Shown: positions 1-9,872, counted from the stretch's first letter. The stretch: 32,000 nucleotides of DNA from Candidatus Saganbacteria bacterium (GCA_026387835.1 JAPLKZ010000010.1:60001-92000); one strand, 5' to 3'. The notes: generated from the sequence alone by a model not told the origin. Made by a program: numbers and translations.

Positions 1-882
1 GCCCGGCATCTGCTCTTCTCTCAATCGGATAATACAATGGTCAAGAAATTTATCCCCTAAAACGCGGTCCTTGAGCGGGCCGCAGAACAGATCATCGAAG
101 GGGGTTTCCTGTCTGTCAATAAAAGGGTTCGGTTTAAAAACAGGGAGCAGTGTCTCTCCCTTCACGAACGGATCGGTTTTTGTCCGGATAAAGCTGTCTC
201 CGGCGAGACTTATCATGACTTCGCTCCTCTTTTGTCCCTTTGGGATCTTAAAATAAGCATGGTCGGTGTCTGAAAAGAATGTCGGAACATTGCCGGGATT
301 GGAAGGGTAAGTGCTCCTTCCCAGAACCCCGTCTGTCAAACTGATCGTCTGGAACAATTGAATAGTTGAGAACCACTCTGTCTCCGGTATAGTAGCCGTT
401 GCGGTGATCGCCGCGGAATTATTGCAGGTATTTAAATTCACATCTACAATTTTCCATTCAAGAAGCGACCCGTACCCGTGAAGCCCGAGCCCGTGAAGCA
501 TTACACCGTCTGCATCCACAGGTATCACCTGTGTGTGGCCGTTGATTTTTATAGTTCTCATACCGTCTCCGTATTTCTCAATCGCCTTGACCCTGTTCTG
601 CACCGGACAAATATAAGCACCGAACATCGCGCTGCCCCAGGTGCGGCGTTCATCGTTACCGATCCAGCCCACGGATTGCCGGTAAGACGGCATGGTCCTT
701 ATCAGGTCCACCCGTCTGCCGCTGTTATCCGTTCCTTTGATATCCAGGACAGTCATCCCTTTTAAGCGGACACCAACCGTGTCGATAATTCCTTTTCTGC
801 CTTTATTATGCAACACGAAGACATCATCACTGGCGTTTTTGGTCCCGAAATGTAGGGCTTTGATTCCGCAAGTATTTCCCAT
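1..882 (-). CDS. aldose 1-epimerase (galactose mutarotase)-like protein, C-terminal part cut by window edge
   Basis: Absent from the ORF track because it runs off the window edge. The hand-translated reverse frame is open from ATG (complement of 880-882) to position 1, 294 codons with no stop. GGAG lies 10 nt upstream (complement of 893-896). The product starts MGNTCGIKALHF and contains FGAYICPVQNRVKAI...INGHTQVIPVDADGVMLHGLGLHG, which resembles the aldose-1-epimerase pattern G-x-x-I-x-P-x-x-NRI ... LHGG. Confidence 0.5.
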   Translation of the reverse strand, partial: MGNTCGIKALHFGTKNASDDVFVLHNKGRKGIIDTVGVRLKGMTVLDIKGTDNSGRRVDLIRTMPSYRQSVGWIGNDERRTWGSAMFGAYICPVQNRVKAIEKYGDGMRTIKINGHTQVIPVDADGVMLHGLGLHGYGSLLEWKIVDVNLNTCNNSAAITATATIPETEWFSTIQLFQTISLTDGVLGRSTYPSNPGNVPTFFSDTDHAYFKIPKGQKRSEVMISLAGDSFIRTKTDPFVKGETLLPVFKPNPFIDRQETPFDDLFCGPLKDRVLGDKFLDHCIIRLREEQMPG

Positions 883-942
883 TCTTTTTATTCTCCTTTT
901 ATATTTGTGTTAACTTCGACTATATTCTTATCGAACGTTATT

Positions 943-971
943 TTCAGAAATTTCACTGAAAATGCTATAAT
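943..971 (+). promoter_or_regulatory. candidate sigma-70 promoter TTCAGA-17-TATAAT directly abutting the GAF-ANTAR start codon
   Basis: TTCAGA at 943-948, a 17-nt spacer, then perfect TATAAT at 966-971. The ATG codons are at 975 and 981, and there is no Shine-Dalgarno sequence. Confidence 0.3.
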
Positions 972-974
972 TCC

Positions 975-1703
975 ATGGTAATGCCAAAGACTAAGCCGCA
1001 CAAAAAACAGCCGTTAAAAGAACAGATATTGGCCTTCAGCGAGATAAGCAAGGCGATCTCCTCTGACCTGTCGCTTGATGACATATTGCGCCTGGTCGTG
1101 AACGTCACCGCGAAGCTTTTAAAATCTAGCATCTGCTCCATCCAGCTCATCGACAAGGAGAAAAAAGAGCTCGTGATCCGCGCCACGCACAGCATGAGCG
1201 AGGAGTACAATAAAAAACCGCCGCTCAGGATCGGCGAAGGCATCGCCGGCAAAGTTGTGCTGGAGAACAGGCCGATAGTCGTGAAAGACATCGCGAAGGA
1301 ACCGGAATACAAATATAGGGATATCGCCAGGAAAGAAAAGCTCAGATCATTACTCTGCGTTCCGCTTACTGTAAAAGGAAAGGTCATCGGCGTGGTAAAT
1401 TCGTACACTTCAAGACCACACTCCTTCACTCATACCGAGATCGCAGTCCTGTCTTCGATCGCATGCCTCGCGGCCGTAGCCATTGAAAACACGGATATAC
1501 TGACCATGGCCCACGATATGGAAGAAGAGCTCAGGACGAGAAAACTTGTCGAAAGGGCCAAAGGCATCCTCATGAGGGACGAGAAACTGACCGAGGAAGA
1601 GGCTTATCTCAAGCTCCAGAAGTTCTCGATGGATTCCCGCAAAAGTATGAAGGATATTGCGGAGTCCCTGATAGTAAGTTATAATCTGAGAAGATTAAGG
1701 TAA
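975..1703 (+). CDS. GAF domain / ANTAR domain RNA-binding antiterminator-type regulator
   Basis: 242-aa ORF. The N-terminal GAF-like region reads LDDILRLVVNVTAKLL...RIGEGIAGKVVLENRPIVVKDI...LCVPLTVKGKVIGVVNSY. The C-terminal ANTAR signature reads LRTRKLVERAKGILMRDEKLTEEEAYLKLQKFSMDSRKSMKDIAESLI. Confidence 0.85.
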   Translation: MVMPKTKPHKKQPLKEQILAFSEISKAISSDLSLDDILRLVVNVTAKLLKSSICSIQLIDKEKKELVIRATHSMSEEYNKKPPLRIGEGIAGKVVLENRPIVVKDIAKEPEYKYRDIARKEKLRSLLCVPLTVKGKVIGVVNSYTSRPHSFTHTEIAVLSSIACLAAVAIENTDILTMAHDMEEELRTRKLVERAKGILMRDEKLTEEEAYLKLQKFSMDSRKSMKDIAESLIVSYNLRRLR

Positions 1704-1708
1704 CAACC

Positions 1709-1750
1709 GCACAAAGTCCGTGCTTTCAGTTTGAACACCGTCCGTTCAAA
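1709..1750 (+). promoter_or_regulatory. tandem small hairpins with A..G loops (possible ANTAR-target RNA) in the gdhA leader
   Basis: Hairpin 1 is GCAC-AAAGTCC-GTGC at 1709-1723. Hairpin 2 is TTTGAAC-ACCGTCC-GTTCAAA at 1730-1750. Both loops have A at position 1 and G at position 4 and end in GTCC. Confidence 0.4.
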
Positions 1751-1770
1751 AAAATCGCTTATTCTATTAA

Positions 1771-3120
<1,350 letters not shown>

Positions 3121-3144
3121 AAAAACGGTTTCTGGATACAAGGA

Positions 3145-3170
3145 GGGGCGGGTTTTCGCCCCTTTTTGTT
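3145..3170 (+). terminator. rho-independent terminator after gdhA
   Basis: GGGGCG (3145-3150), loop GGTTTT, CGCCCC (3157-3162), followed by TTTTTGTT. Confidence 0.8.
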
Positions 3171-3196
3171 ATTTATCACCGTGTTATCATTAATAT

Positions 3197-4777
3197 ATGC
3201 ATGATGTCCTTGAAGAGAAAATACTTCCTTTTGTCCTGAAACCCGCAAGATACACCGGCAGTGAACTCAATTCCATTCACAAAAAAGACGAGGACGATTA
3301 CAATGACAAGATAAAGATCGCCCTTTCCTATCCTGACACGTATGAGATCGGAATGTCGAATTACGGTCTTCAGATCCTTTATCACATCCTGAACAAAAGG
3401 CAGGATGTCGCCTGCGAAAGGGTTTTCGCGCCCTGGCCGGATATGGAACAAAAGCTGAAAGAACAAGACATCCCGTTATTTTCGCTCGAATCACAGGTGC
3501 CAATAAAAGATTTTGATATTTTGGGCTTTTCGCTGGAGAACGAGCTCACGTATACGAATGTCCTGTATTTGCTTGAGTCGGCAAAGATACCTTTACACAG
3601 AAGAGAAAGGGACAAGACACATCCACTGATCATCGCGGGCGGAGCATGCACCAACAATCCGCTTCCGATGTCGGATTTTATCGACGCGTTCGTCATCGGC
3701 GATGGTGAAGAGGTCATCCTCGAGATGATAGATGTATATATTAAATATAGGGGTTCGCGGCCGCGGTCCCTGGAAGCGTTGTCCAAGATCGAAGGCGTCT
3801 ATGTTCCGGACCATAATGAATTAAAAAGCGTCAAACGCCGTATCGTTAAGGACATCAACACGATCGACTATCCCACAAGACCGATAGTGCCCTTTATAGA
3901 GATAGTCCACGACAGGGCGGCTGTCGAAATAATGCGCGGATGCCCCAGAAGATGCGCCTTCTGCCAGGCGGGGAATACTACCAAGCCCGTCCGTCTTCTC
4001 AGTCCCGAAAAGATAAAAGAACTTTCAAACCGTATCCTTGAAAATACGGGATTTGAGGAATTATCGTTCATCTCGCTTTCAAGCAGCGATTATCCGGGCC
4101 TTATCGGGATCGCAAAAGAACTCGGACAGAAGTTCGCGAAGAAAAGGATATCGATATCTCTTCCGTCACTGCGGCCGGACTCGTTCAAAAAAGACATGGC
4201 AGGTGAGATACAGAACGTCAGGAGGTCAGGTGTCACGCTCGCGCCCGAAGCAGGGACCCAGCGTCTCAGAGACCTGATATGCAAAGACCTGACGGAAGAA
4301 GAAATAATATCTTCATGCGTCAGCGCGTTCTCTTCCGGCGCCAACTCCGTGAAGCTCTATTTCATGATCGGGCTTCCGACCGAGACTGAAGAGGACATAA
4401 AAGCAATCGTGGAGCTTTCCAACAAAATAATCGGAGAAGGAAAACGGGCAAATCCTAGGGCAAGGATAACAGTGAATGCCTCGACCTTTGTCCCGAAAAA
4501 GAACACTCCTTTTGAGAATGAGAAAATGATCTCGCTTGAGGAGACGAGAAGAAAACAGGACTATCTGAAGCATAACCTGAAGCACCGCGGGATCGAGCTT
4601 AAATGGCATTCCCCTGAAATGAGCAGTATCGAAGGTCTCCTTTCAGCCGGAGATGAAAAGACGGGGCAAGTGATCAAAAAAGCCTTTGATCTCGGCTGCA
4701 GGTTCGACAACTGGACGGAATATTTTGACTTTTCAAAATGGGAGAAAGCTCTTGCAGAGAATAAGAATAAAATATAA
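3197..4777 (+). CDS. radical SAM protein, TIGR03960-like (B12-binding-like N-domain, function unknown)
   Basis: 526-aa ORF. The N-terminus LPFVLKPARYTGSELN is typical of this family. The radical SAM triad is in EIMRGCPRRCAFCQAG (CX3CX2C). It is followed by its usual partner gene. Confidence 0.85.
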   Translation: MHDVLEEKILPFVLKPARYTGSELNSIHKKDEDDYNDKIKIALSYPDTYEIGMSNYGLQILYHILNKRQDVACERVFAPWPDMEQKLKEQDIPLFSLESQVPIKDFDILGFSLENELTYTNVLYLLESAKIPLHRRERDKTHPLIIAGGACTNNPLPMSDFIDAFVIGDGEEVILEMIDVYIKYRGSRPRSLEALSKIEGVYVPDHNELKSVKRRIVKDINTIDYPTRPIVPFIEIVHDRAAVEIMRGCPRRCAFCQAGNTTKPVRLLSPEKIKELSNRILENTGFEELSFISLSSSDYPGLIGIAKELGQKFAKKRISISLPSLRPDSFKKDMAGEIQNVRRSGVTLAPEAGTQRLRDLICKDLTEEEIISSCVSAFSSGANSVKLYFMIGLPTETEEDIKAIVELSNKIIGEGKRANPRARITVNASTFVPKKNTPFENEKMISLEETRRKQDYLKHNLKHRGIELKWHSPEMSSIEGLLSAGDEKTGQVIKKAFDLGCRFDNWTEYFDFSKWEKALAENKNKI

Positions 4778-5342
4778 AAAAGGCGATGAGCTGAAGTTTA
4801 TCGGGCATCTTGACCTTGTCAGGCTGTGGGAACGCGCGCTGAGAAGGACCGATCTTCCCCTGGCTTACAGCGAAGGGTTCAATCCGAGGCAAAAGATGTC
4901 GTTCGGCCCGCCGCTGTCGCTCGGAATAACCTCCGAATGCGAGTTCATCGATATTTATTTTGAAAGATGGAACAGCCCGGAGACCGTCAAGGAGGAACTC
5001 AACAGGACGCTGCCTAAAGGGGTGGAGATAACAGAAGCCAGAAATATCTTTTCAGGCACAACTGCCTTAACCGCTCAGATCACAACCGCAAAATATCAGG
5101 CCACGTCTCCGGACGACATTCAAAAAAGAATAGATGAAATAACCGCTTCCAGGGAGATCATCGTCAAAAGGAAAGATAAAGACGTAAACATCCGTCCGAT
5201 GATAAAAACCCTGTCCTTTGTTGACGGAAAACTGGACATCACCGTCCAGTGCAGCAATACAGGGAGCGTGAAAGCGAGCGAGATATTCGGATTATTCCCT
5301 GATGCAAAGATCGAAGGCATGAAAAGAACAGCTCTATCTTAA
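4752..5342 (+). CDS. radical SAM-linked protein, TIGR03936 / DUF2344 family
   Basis: The track ORF is 4686-5342. Family-typical sequence begins at QRIRIKYKKGDELKFIGHLDLVRLWERALRRTDLPLAYSEGFNPRQKMSFGPPLSLG. I place the start at the in-frame TTG at 4752, preceded by GGGAGA (4740-4745). This overlaps the upstream gene by 26 nt. The start is uncertain. Confidence 0.75.
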   Translation: MQRIRIKYKKGDELKFIGHLDLVRLWERALRRTDLPLAYSEGFNPRQKMSFGPPLSLGITSECEFIDIYFERWNSPETVKEELNRTLPKGVEITEARNIFSGTTALTAQITTAKYQATSPDDIQKRIDEITASREIIVKRKDKDVNIRPMIKTLSFVDGKLDITVQCSNTGSVKASEIFGLFPDAKIEGMKRTALS

Positions 5343-5393
5343 GTCTTCCTTCATCGAATCTTCATCTAGATTTTTTACATTTGAGAATCATCT

Positions 5394-6671
5394 TTATATC
5401 CCATAAGCTTCTTCGGCTTTTTCAAGCGCTCTCATCTGGACTTCTGCCCTGTAGAGTATAAGGTCTTCCGGCTCTCCGTTCTTTAATTCCCAGTATTTGT
5501 TCCCGACCAGTGAATCCGCAAAGGACCTCATCGACAGCACATAGAGGTAATGCATAAATGATTGCACGGCCAGGCCCCTCAGAGTACGGATCCGTGATGA
5601 AGTATAATATTCCGTCGCCCTGCCAAAATAACCGCTGATTATCGCATCGACTATTTTTTTGTCGACACATACTTGATCGATGTCTTTTGGCTCCTCTCCT
5701 GCCGGATTTCCGGCCGACCTCAACGCATCCCCGAGGTCGTCAAGCTTATTGCCTTTTTGAATCGTATCCAGGTCTATCCACGCAGCAACAACAAGCTTGC
5801 CTTTTTCATTCAGAGAAAAGACCGCGTTGGTGATCTTTGTGTCGCCGTGAGTTGAAGCGTCACCCGCAGGTTCGAGTACATCCAAAAGCCGGGTCCTGCT
5901 TTTGATCTTTTTAAATAACGTATCGATCCTTGACCTGTATGTACCGCGCATTTTATCGCTCATCCTGACGGTTATGCTTTTGTCCTGGCAAAGGCTTAAA
6001 ACAGGAGATCCGCCGTTCATGACCGAGATAAGATAATCATAATGGTATCTAGCGTTATGGAAATTGGGAAGGGGCATTTCTAATCTTTTATACGGGACAA
6101 GGTCCAATATCCTTCCGAATACCGCGATCGAATCTCCCAGTGACCTCGCCGCTTCAATCCGCATTGACTGCGGGATACTGCTGAATCTTTCAAAAATAAA
6201 AATATTCCCGGGAATGAAGTTCATCGCCCTCCACGGGGATCCCTTCCTGTCAAATAAGATCACATTGTCTGAACCAATACCTGCTGCCTTAAAAACAATG
6301 TCCTTCCAATGGACCGGCAGATCCCCCTGGCTTCTTGCCCGGGCTTGGGCATCTATGAATAATCGGAGATTGGCTGCGATAGCTTTGGGGTTGAACACTT
6401 GCCCGAGGTTTTGGACAACAAACCTTCTCGTTTCGCTTGCCTTATCCGTCTCCGCCACGATCCAGGTCCTGTTTATATGCCCTGTCACATCCTGGACAAC
6501 TGAACATGCCGGTATATTCAACGGCCTTCCCAAAGCGAACCTGTCCGCTTGTTTTAAGACCAGCGATCTTGTCGGACGGTCGACAGCGCTAAAAACCACA
6601 TCGGATCTTATCTTTGACATAAATATCTCGTTCCTGAAAAATATATCTTTACAAATATGTATCGAACGCAT
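5394..6671 (-). CDS. APH/choline-kinase-fold phosphotransferase, NahK/MdsC-like (putative amino-sugar 1-kinase)
   Basis: 425-aa ORF. The catalytic loop HGDTKITNAVF (HxDxxxxN) and the metal-binding motif WIDLDT resemble the H-N/G-D-T-K-x-x-N and DLDT motifs of N-acetylhexosamine-1-kinase-type proteins. The start is ambiguous between the ATG at 6671 and the ATG at 6620. Confidence 0.55.
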   Translation of the reverse strand: MRSIHICKDIFFRNEIFMSKIRSDVVFSAVDRPTRSLVLKQADRFALGRPLNIPACSVVQDVTGHINRTWIVAETDKASETRRFVVQNLGQVFNPKAIAANLRLFIDAQARARSQGDLPVHWKDIVFKAAGIGSDNVILFDRKGSPWRAMNFIPGNIFIFERFSSIPQSMRIEAARSLGDSIAVFGRILDLVPYKRLEMPLPNFHNARYHYDYLISVMNGGSPVLSLCQDKSITVRMSDKMRGTYRSRIDTLFKKIKSRTRLLDVLEPAGDASTHGDTKITNAVFSLNEKGKLVVAAWIDLDTIQKGNKLDDLGDALRSAGNPAGEEPKDIDQVCVDKKIVDAIISGYFGRATEYYTSSRIRTLRGLAVQSFMHYLYVLSMRSFADSLVGNKYWELKNGEPEDLILYRAEVQMRALEKAEEAYGI

Positions 6672-6724
6672 TTCAGTAAAATTGCAGCTGATTTTTAGAA
6701 CAGAAAATAACAGCGGGGTTTTGT

Positions 6725-7207
6725 TTAATTCAACTCGCCGTCCGGCGGCAGGTCCCTGAAATCGTCCATCGGCCCCTCTAAGCCTTCCGGGGGAAGCTCC
6801 TCTCCGATGACACCCATCCCGACCATCGTATCAGCGACATACCTGAAAGGAGGATATGCCTGTTTTTTAGTGTCGGGGATTATCTTGATTATCCTGTTCG
6901 TGCTGTGGAGTTCATAAAGGGTCTGGTCCTCCTTTATTTTTTTAACCCTGAGGTAGTCTACGGAGCTTACATTAATGTATATGCGGCCGTTCAAAAATAA
7001 TGTGGGGTCCTCGGAGTTGGAAGAAACGCGCATTATGAAGCCTTTGCCTTTATTTACGACCCTTTCGCCTTCGACTTCGTAGTACGTGACAAATCCCAGG
7101 TCCCACAAAAGGTTCATGATATCCCTTTTAGCATAGATGATCCCGTCATTGACGATAAACTGGAGGTCTTTTTTCTTATTATTGTCAGGTCGATTGTTCA
7201 TGTTCAT
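6725..7207 (-). CDS. hypothetical protein (160 aa, acidic Pro/Glu-rich C-terminal tail)
   Basis: The ORF starts 7 nt after the trpF stop on the same strand, so it appears to be operonic. I recognise no motif in it. Confidence 0.55.
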   Translation of the reverse strand: MNMNNRPDNNKKKDLQFIVNDGIIYAKRDIMNLLWDLGFVTYYEVEGERVVNKGKGFIMRVSSNSEDPTLFLNGRIYINVSSVDYLRVKKIKEDQTLYELHSTNRIIKIIPDTKKQAYPPFRYVADTMVGMGVIGEELPPEGLEGPMDDFRDLPPDGELN

Positions 7208-7214
7208 CTTTTGT

Positions 7215-7835
7215 TTATATTATACAGCCGCCTTTTGCGATTGCAATGACCGTTTTCATTTTTTTTGCACTTTTCCTGCCGGGCAATATTTCGACCCCGC
7301 TTGAGATATCGACCGCGTACGGCCTGACCGTTTTTATTGCCGGGGAAAGATTTTTTTCATCAAGACCTCCCGAAAGTATGACCGGGATGCCGTACTTTTT
7401 CGCTTTTTTCGCAAGGCTCCAGTCAAACGTCTTTCCTGTCCCGCCGTACTTGTCTTTTGAATAAGCATCGAGAAGTATCGCGCTCACTTTATATTTTTTG
7501 ATCTTCAGAAGGTCTTTTTCGTTTTTTATCCTTACCGCTTTGATCATCCTTGATCTTATTTTTTTACAGTATGAAGGCGTTTCATCCCCGTGCAGCTGCA
7601 CAAGATCAAGCCCGCAGGCCCTGACGGTCCTGTTTACCCTTTCAGCGCCTTCATTGACGAACACTCCGACCCTTATGATACGCCAGGGAAGCTTCAGTAC
7701 TATTTCTTTTGCTTTTTCAGGGGATATTTTCCTGGGGCTTTTTGCAAAAACGAAACCGAGCGCGTCGGCGCCCAGGGCAGCCGCGTCAAGAGCGTCTTTC
7801 AGGTTGGTTATCCCGCAGATTTTAACCTTTGTCAC
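7215..7835 (-). CDS. trpF: phosphoribosylanthranilate isomerase
   Basis: 206 aa. Contains KICGITNLKDALDAAALGADALGFVFAKSPR ... VQLHGDE ... ILSGGL. It has a 4-nt ATGA overlap with trpC. Confidence 0.9.
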   Translation of the reverse strand: MTKVKICGITNLKDALDAAALGADALGFVFAKSPRKISPEKAKEIVLKLPWRIIRVGVFVNEGAERVNRTVRACGLDLVQLHGDETPSYCKKIRSRMIKAVRIKNEKDLLKIKKYKVSAILLDAYSKDKYGGTGKTFDWSLAKKAKKYGIPVILSGGLDEKNLSPAIKTVRPYAVDISSGVEILPGRKSAKKMKTVIAIAKGGCII

Positions 7836-8599
7836 GAGACGAGCTCTTTGACTGTTTCCCCTATGTCATGGGACCTCATCAGTTCCTCTCCCATCAGGAC
7901 AGCATTGACGCCGGCCTTTTTCAGGGCCCTGATATCTTCCCTGCTCTTTATTTTAGGGACGAGTTTTATCAGATCAAGCGTTGTGCCGATATCGACGTTG
8001 AACGTATTGAGGTCGCGGTTGTTGATGCCGATAATTAAAGGGCGCGCGGCGCTTGGGGCCGGGCTCATAAATATGTCGGCAACCCTCGACAATTCTTCTT
8101 TGGTATGGACCTCGATGACCGCGCTCATTTCAAGCTGCCTTGTCAGATCAGAAAAGGAGTCAAGCTGGTCGTCCGACAGGACCGCGGCGATAAGAAGTAC
8201 CGCGTCGGCGCCGAAAGCGCGGGCTTCGAATATCTGGTATTCGTCGATAATAAAATCCTTGCGGAGCACAGGGATGTCCACATTTTGCGCCACGTTCGCG
8301 AGATCTTTTATGCTGCCGCCGAAATATTTTTCATCCGTGAGGACCGATACTGCCGAGGCTCCCGACCTTTCATATTCTTTCGCGATCGCCACCGGATCAA
8401 AGTCTTCTTTTATCACGCCTGCCGAAGGGGAAGCTTTTTTCACTTCGGCGATCAGCGACACCGGTTTTGACACGGCCTTTGCAAAGTCTTTCGGTTTTTT
8501 TGCAAGATCGATAAGCTCCAGGAAATCGCTGATGTCGGTTTCCCTGTCCTTTATCGATATCTCAAGATTCTTGTTTGCCACTATCTCATCGAGTATCAT
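7832..8599 (-). CDS. trpC: indole-3-glycerol phosphate synthase
   Basis: 255 aa. Contains ILDEIVANK...SLIAEVKKASPSAGVI...GASAVSVLTDEKYFGGSIKDL...PVLRKDFIIDEYQI...GINNRDL. Confidence 0.93.
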   Translation of the reverse strand: MILDEIVANKNLEISIKDRETDISDFLELIDLAKKPKDFAKAVSKPVSLIAEVKKASPSAGVIKEDFDPVAIAKEYERSGASAVSVLTDEKYFGGSIKDLANVAQNVDIPVLRKDFIIDEYQIFEARAFGADAVLLIAAVLSDDQLDSFSDLTRQLEMSAVIEVHTKEELSRVADIFMSPAPSAARPLIIGINNRDLNTFNVDIGTTLDLIKLVPKIKSREDIRALKKAGVNAVLMGEELMRSHDIGETVKELVS

Positions 8600-8618
8600 A
8601 ATAAAAACTATATATTAG

Positions 8619-8647
8619 TTGTTTGAGAGATTCAAGCAAGATATAAT
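8619..8647 (+). promoter_or_regulatory. candidate sigma-70 promoter for rsmH (TTGTTT-17-TATAAT)
   Basis: TTGTTT at 8619-8624, a 17-nt spacer, TATAAT at 8642-8647, lying 18 nt before the rsmH ATG. Confidence 0.4.
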
Positions 8648-8664
8648 CAGGAAAGCTTATAACA

Positions 8665-9579
8665 ATGACATACCACACCAGCGTCCTATTAAAAGAAACT
8701 ATTGGACTGCTAAACCCGCGGCCTGCGGGCTTTTGGGTGGACGCCACCGCGGGAGCGGGAGGTCATTCCGCAGAGATCCTTAAAAGGATCGTCCCCGGCG
8801 GAAAACTCATCCTGCTCGACAAAGACAGCGACGCGATAAAAGAAGCGGAAAAGAACCTCAGGGAATATGACGGCCACACGATCTTTGTCAACGATAGTTT
8901 CTCGGACCTGCGAACGATCCTGTTCTCCATGAACATCGCGTCGATAAACGGCGCTTTGTTCGATCTGGGCGTCTCGTCTTTCCAGATCGATACTCCCGAA
9001 AAAGGGTTCAGCTTCATGAGGGAAGGTCCGCTTGATATGAGGATGGATAAAAGGAACCCCCTGACCGCCGGATCGGTCGTCAACGACTACCGCGAAGAGG
9101 AACTGGTAAATATTATCAGAGAATTCGGCGAGGAGCGTTTTGCAAAAAGGATCGCGTCAAATATTGTAAAACATAGACCGTTAAACACTACAAAAGAGCT
9201 TGCCGCTGTGATACAGAAATCGGTCCCCTTCAAGAACAAGATCGACAGCGTGGTCCGTGTTTTTCAGGCGGTACGCATTGAAGTCAACGGTGAACTTGAC
9301 GATCTGAAAAGCGGCCTGAAACAGGCCGCGGGCCTTCTTGAAAAAGGGGGCAGGATCGCGGTATTATCTTACCATAGCCTTGAGGACAGGATCGTCAAGA
9401 ACTTTTTCAGGGAAGAAGCGTCCGGCTGCATCTGCGACAAGAGAATGCCCGCGTGCACGTGCGGCCATCAGAAAAGCTTGGATATATTGACAAAAAAACC
9501 TGTGCCGCCGAGCGACGATGAGATCAAGGCGAACCCGCGCTCAAGAAGCGCGAAACTGAGGGCTGCTGAAAAAATATGA
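8665..9579 (+). CDS. rsmH: 16S rRNA (cytosine1402-N4)-methyltransferase
   Basis: 304 aa. Contains YHTSVLLKETIGLL...VDATAGAGGHSAEIL...DLGVSSFQID...RGFSF...SYHSLEDRIVK. Confidence 0.95.
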   Translation: MTYHTSVLLKETIGLLNPRPAGFWVDATAGAGGHSAEILKRIVPGGKLILLDKDSDAIKEAEKNLREYDGHTIFVNDSFSDLRTILFSMNIASINGALFDLGVSSFQIDTPEKGFSFMREGPLDMRMDKRNPLTAGSVVNDYREEELVNIIREFGEERFAKRIASNIVKHRPLNTTKELAAVIQKSVPFKNKIDSVVRVFQAVRIEVNGELDDLKSGLKQAAGLLEKGGRIAVLSYHSLEDRIVKNFFREEASGCICDKRMPACTCGHQKSLDILTKKPVPPSDDEIKANPRSRSAKLRAAEKI

Positions 9580-9851
9580 GGAACAAAATATTTATTTTCT
9601 TTTTTTTGGTGTTCTCAATGGCGATAGTCCATCTCATGATCTACACCAAGACCGCCGAGCTGGGTTACGCGGCCGGCGAAAACAAGAACGCTTTGAACGA
9701 GATAAGGAGCGAAAACAGGACCCTTGCGGCTCAGGCGGCAAGGGAGGAATCACTTGACAGGATAGAGCAGATCGCGAAGACCAGACTGAAAATGGTCGTC
9801 CCCGGAAAAATAAGGTACATCCTTGTGACCGGAGAGAGCCTCTCTGAATGA
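9576..9851 (+). CDS. ftsL: cell division protein FtsL-like
   Basis: 91 aa with a 4-nt overlap with rsmH. It has one N-terminal TM helix, then a coiled-coil-like segment ending in SLDRIEQIAKTRLKMVVPGKIRYI, which fits the FtsL pattern RIE-IA---LGM--P. Confidence 0.7.
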   Translation: MRNKIFIFFFLVFSMAIVHLMIYTKTAELGYAAGENKNALNEIRSENRTLAAQAAREESLDRIEQIAKTRLKMVVPGKIRYILVTGESLSE

Positions 9852-9872
9852 CCGCACAGTCCTGCGGCCGGA

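Noticed and set aside
1730-1760. Hairpin 2 of the gdhA leader followed by AAAAAAA, considered as an intrinsic terminator
   Set aside because: The run after the stem is A on the transcribed strand, not U, so it cannot act as a plus-strand terminator. On the minus strand nothing needs terminating here.
7590-8618. 342-aa ORF antisense to trpF/trpC
   Set aside because: It overlaps two well-supported trp genes on the other strand. Its composition is Ser, Phe and Leu-rich low complexity, with no motif.
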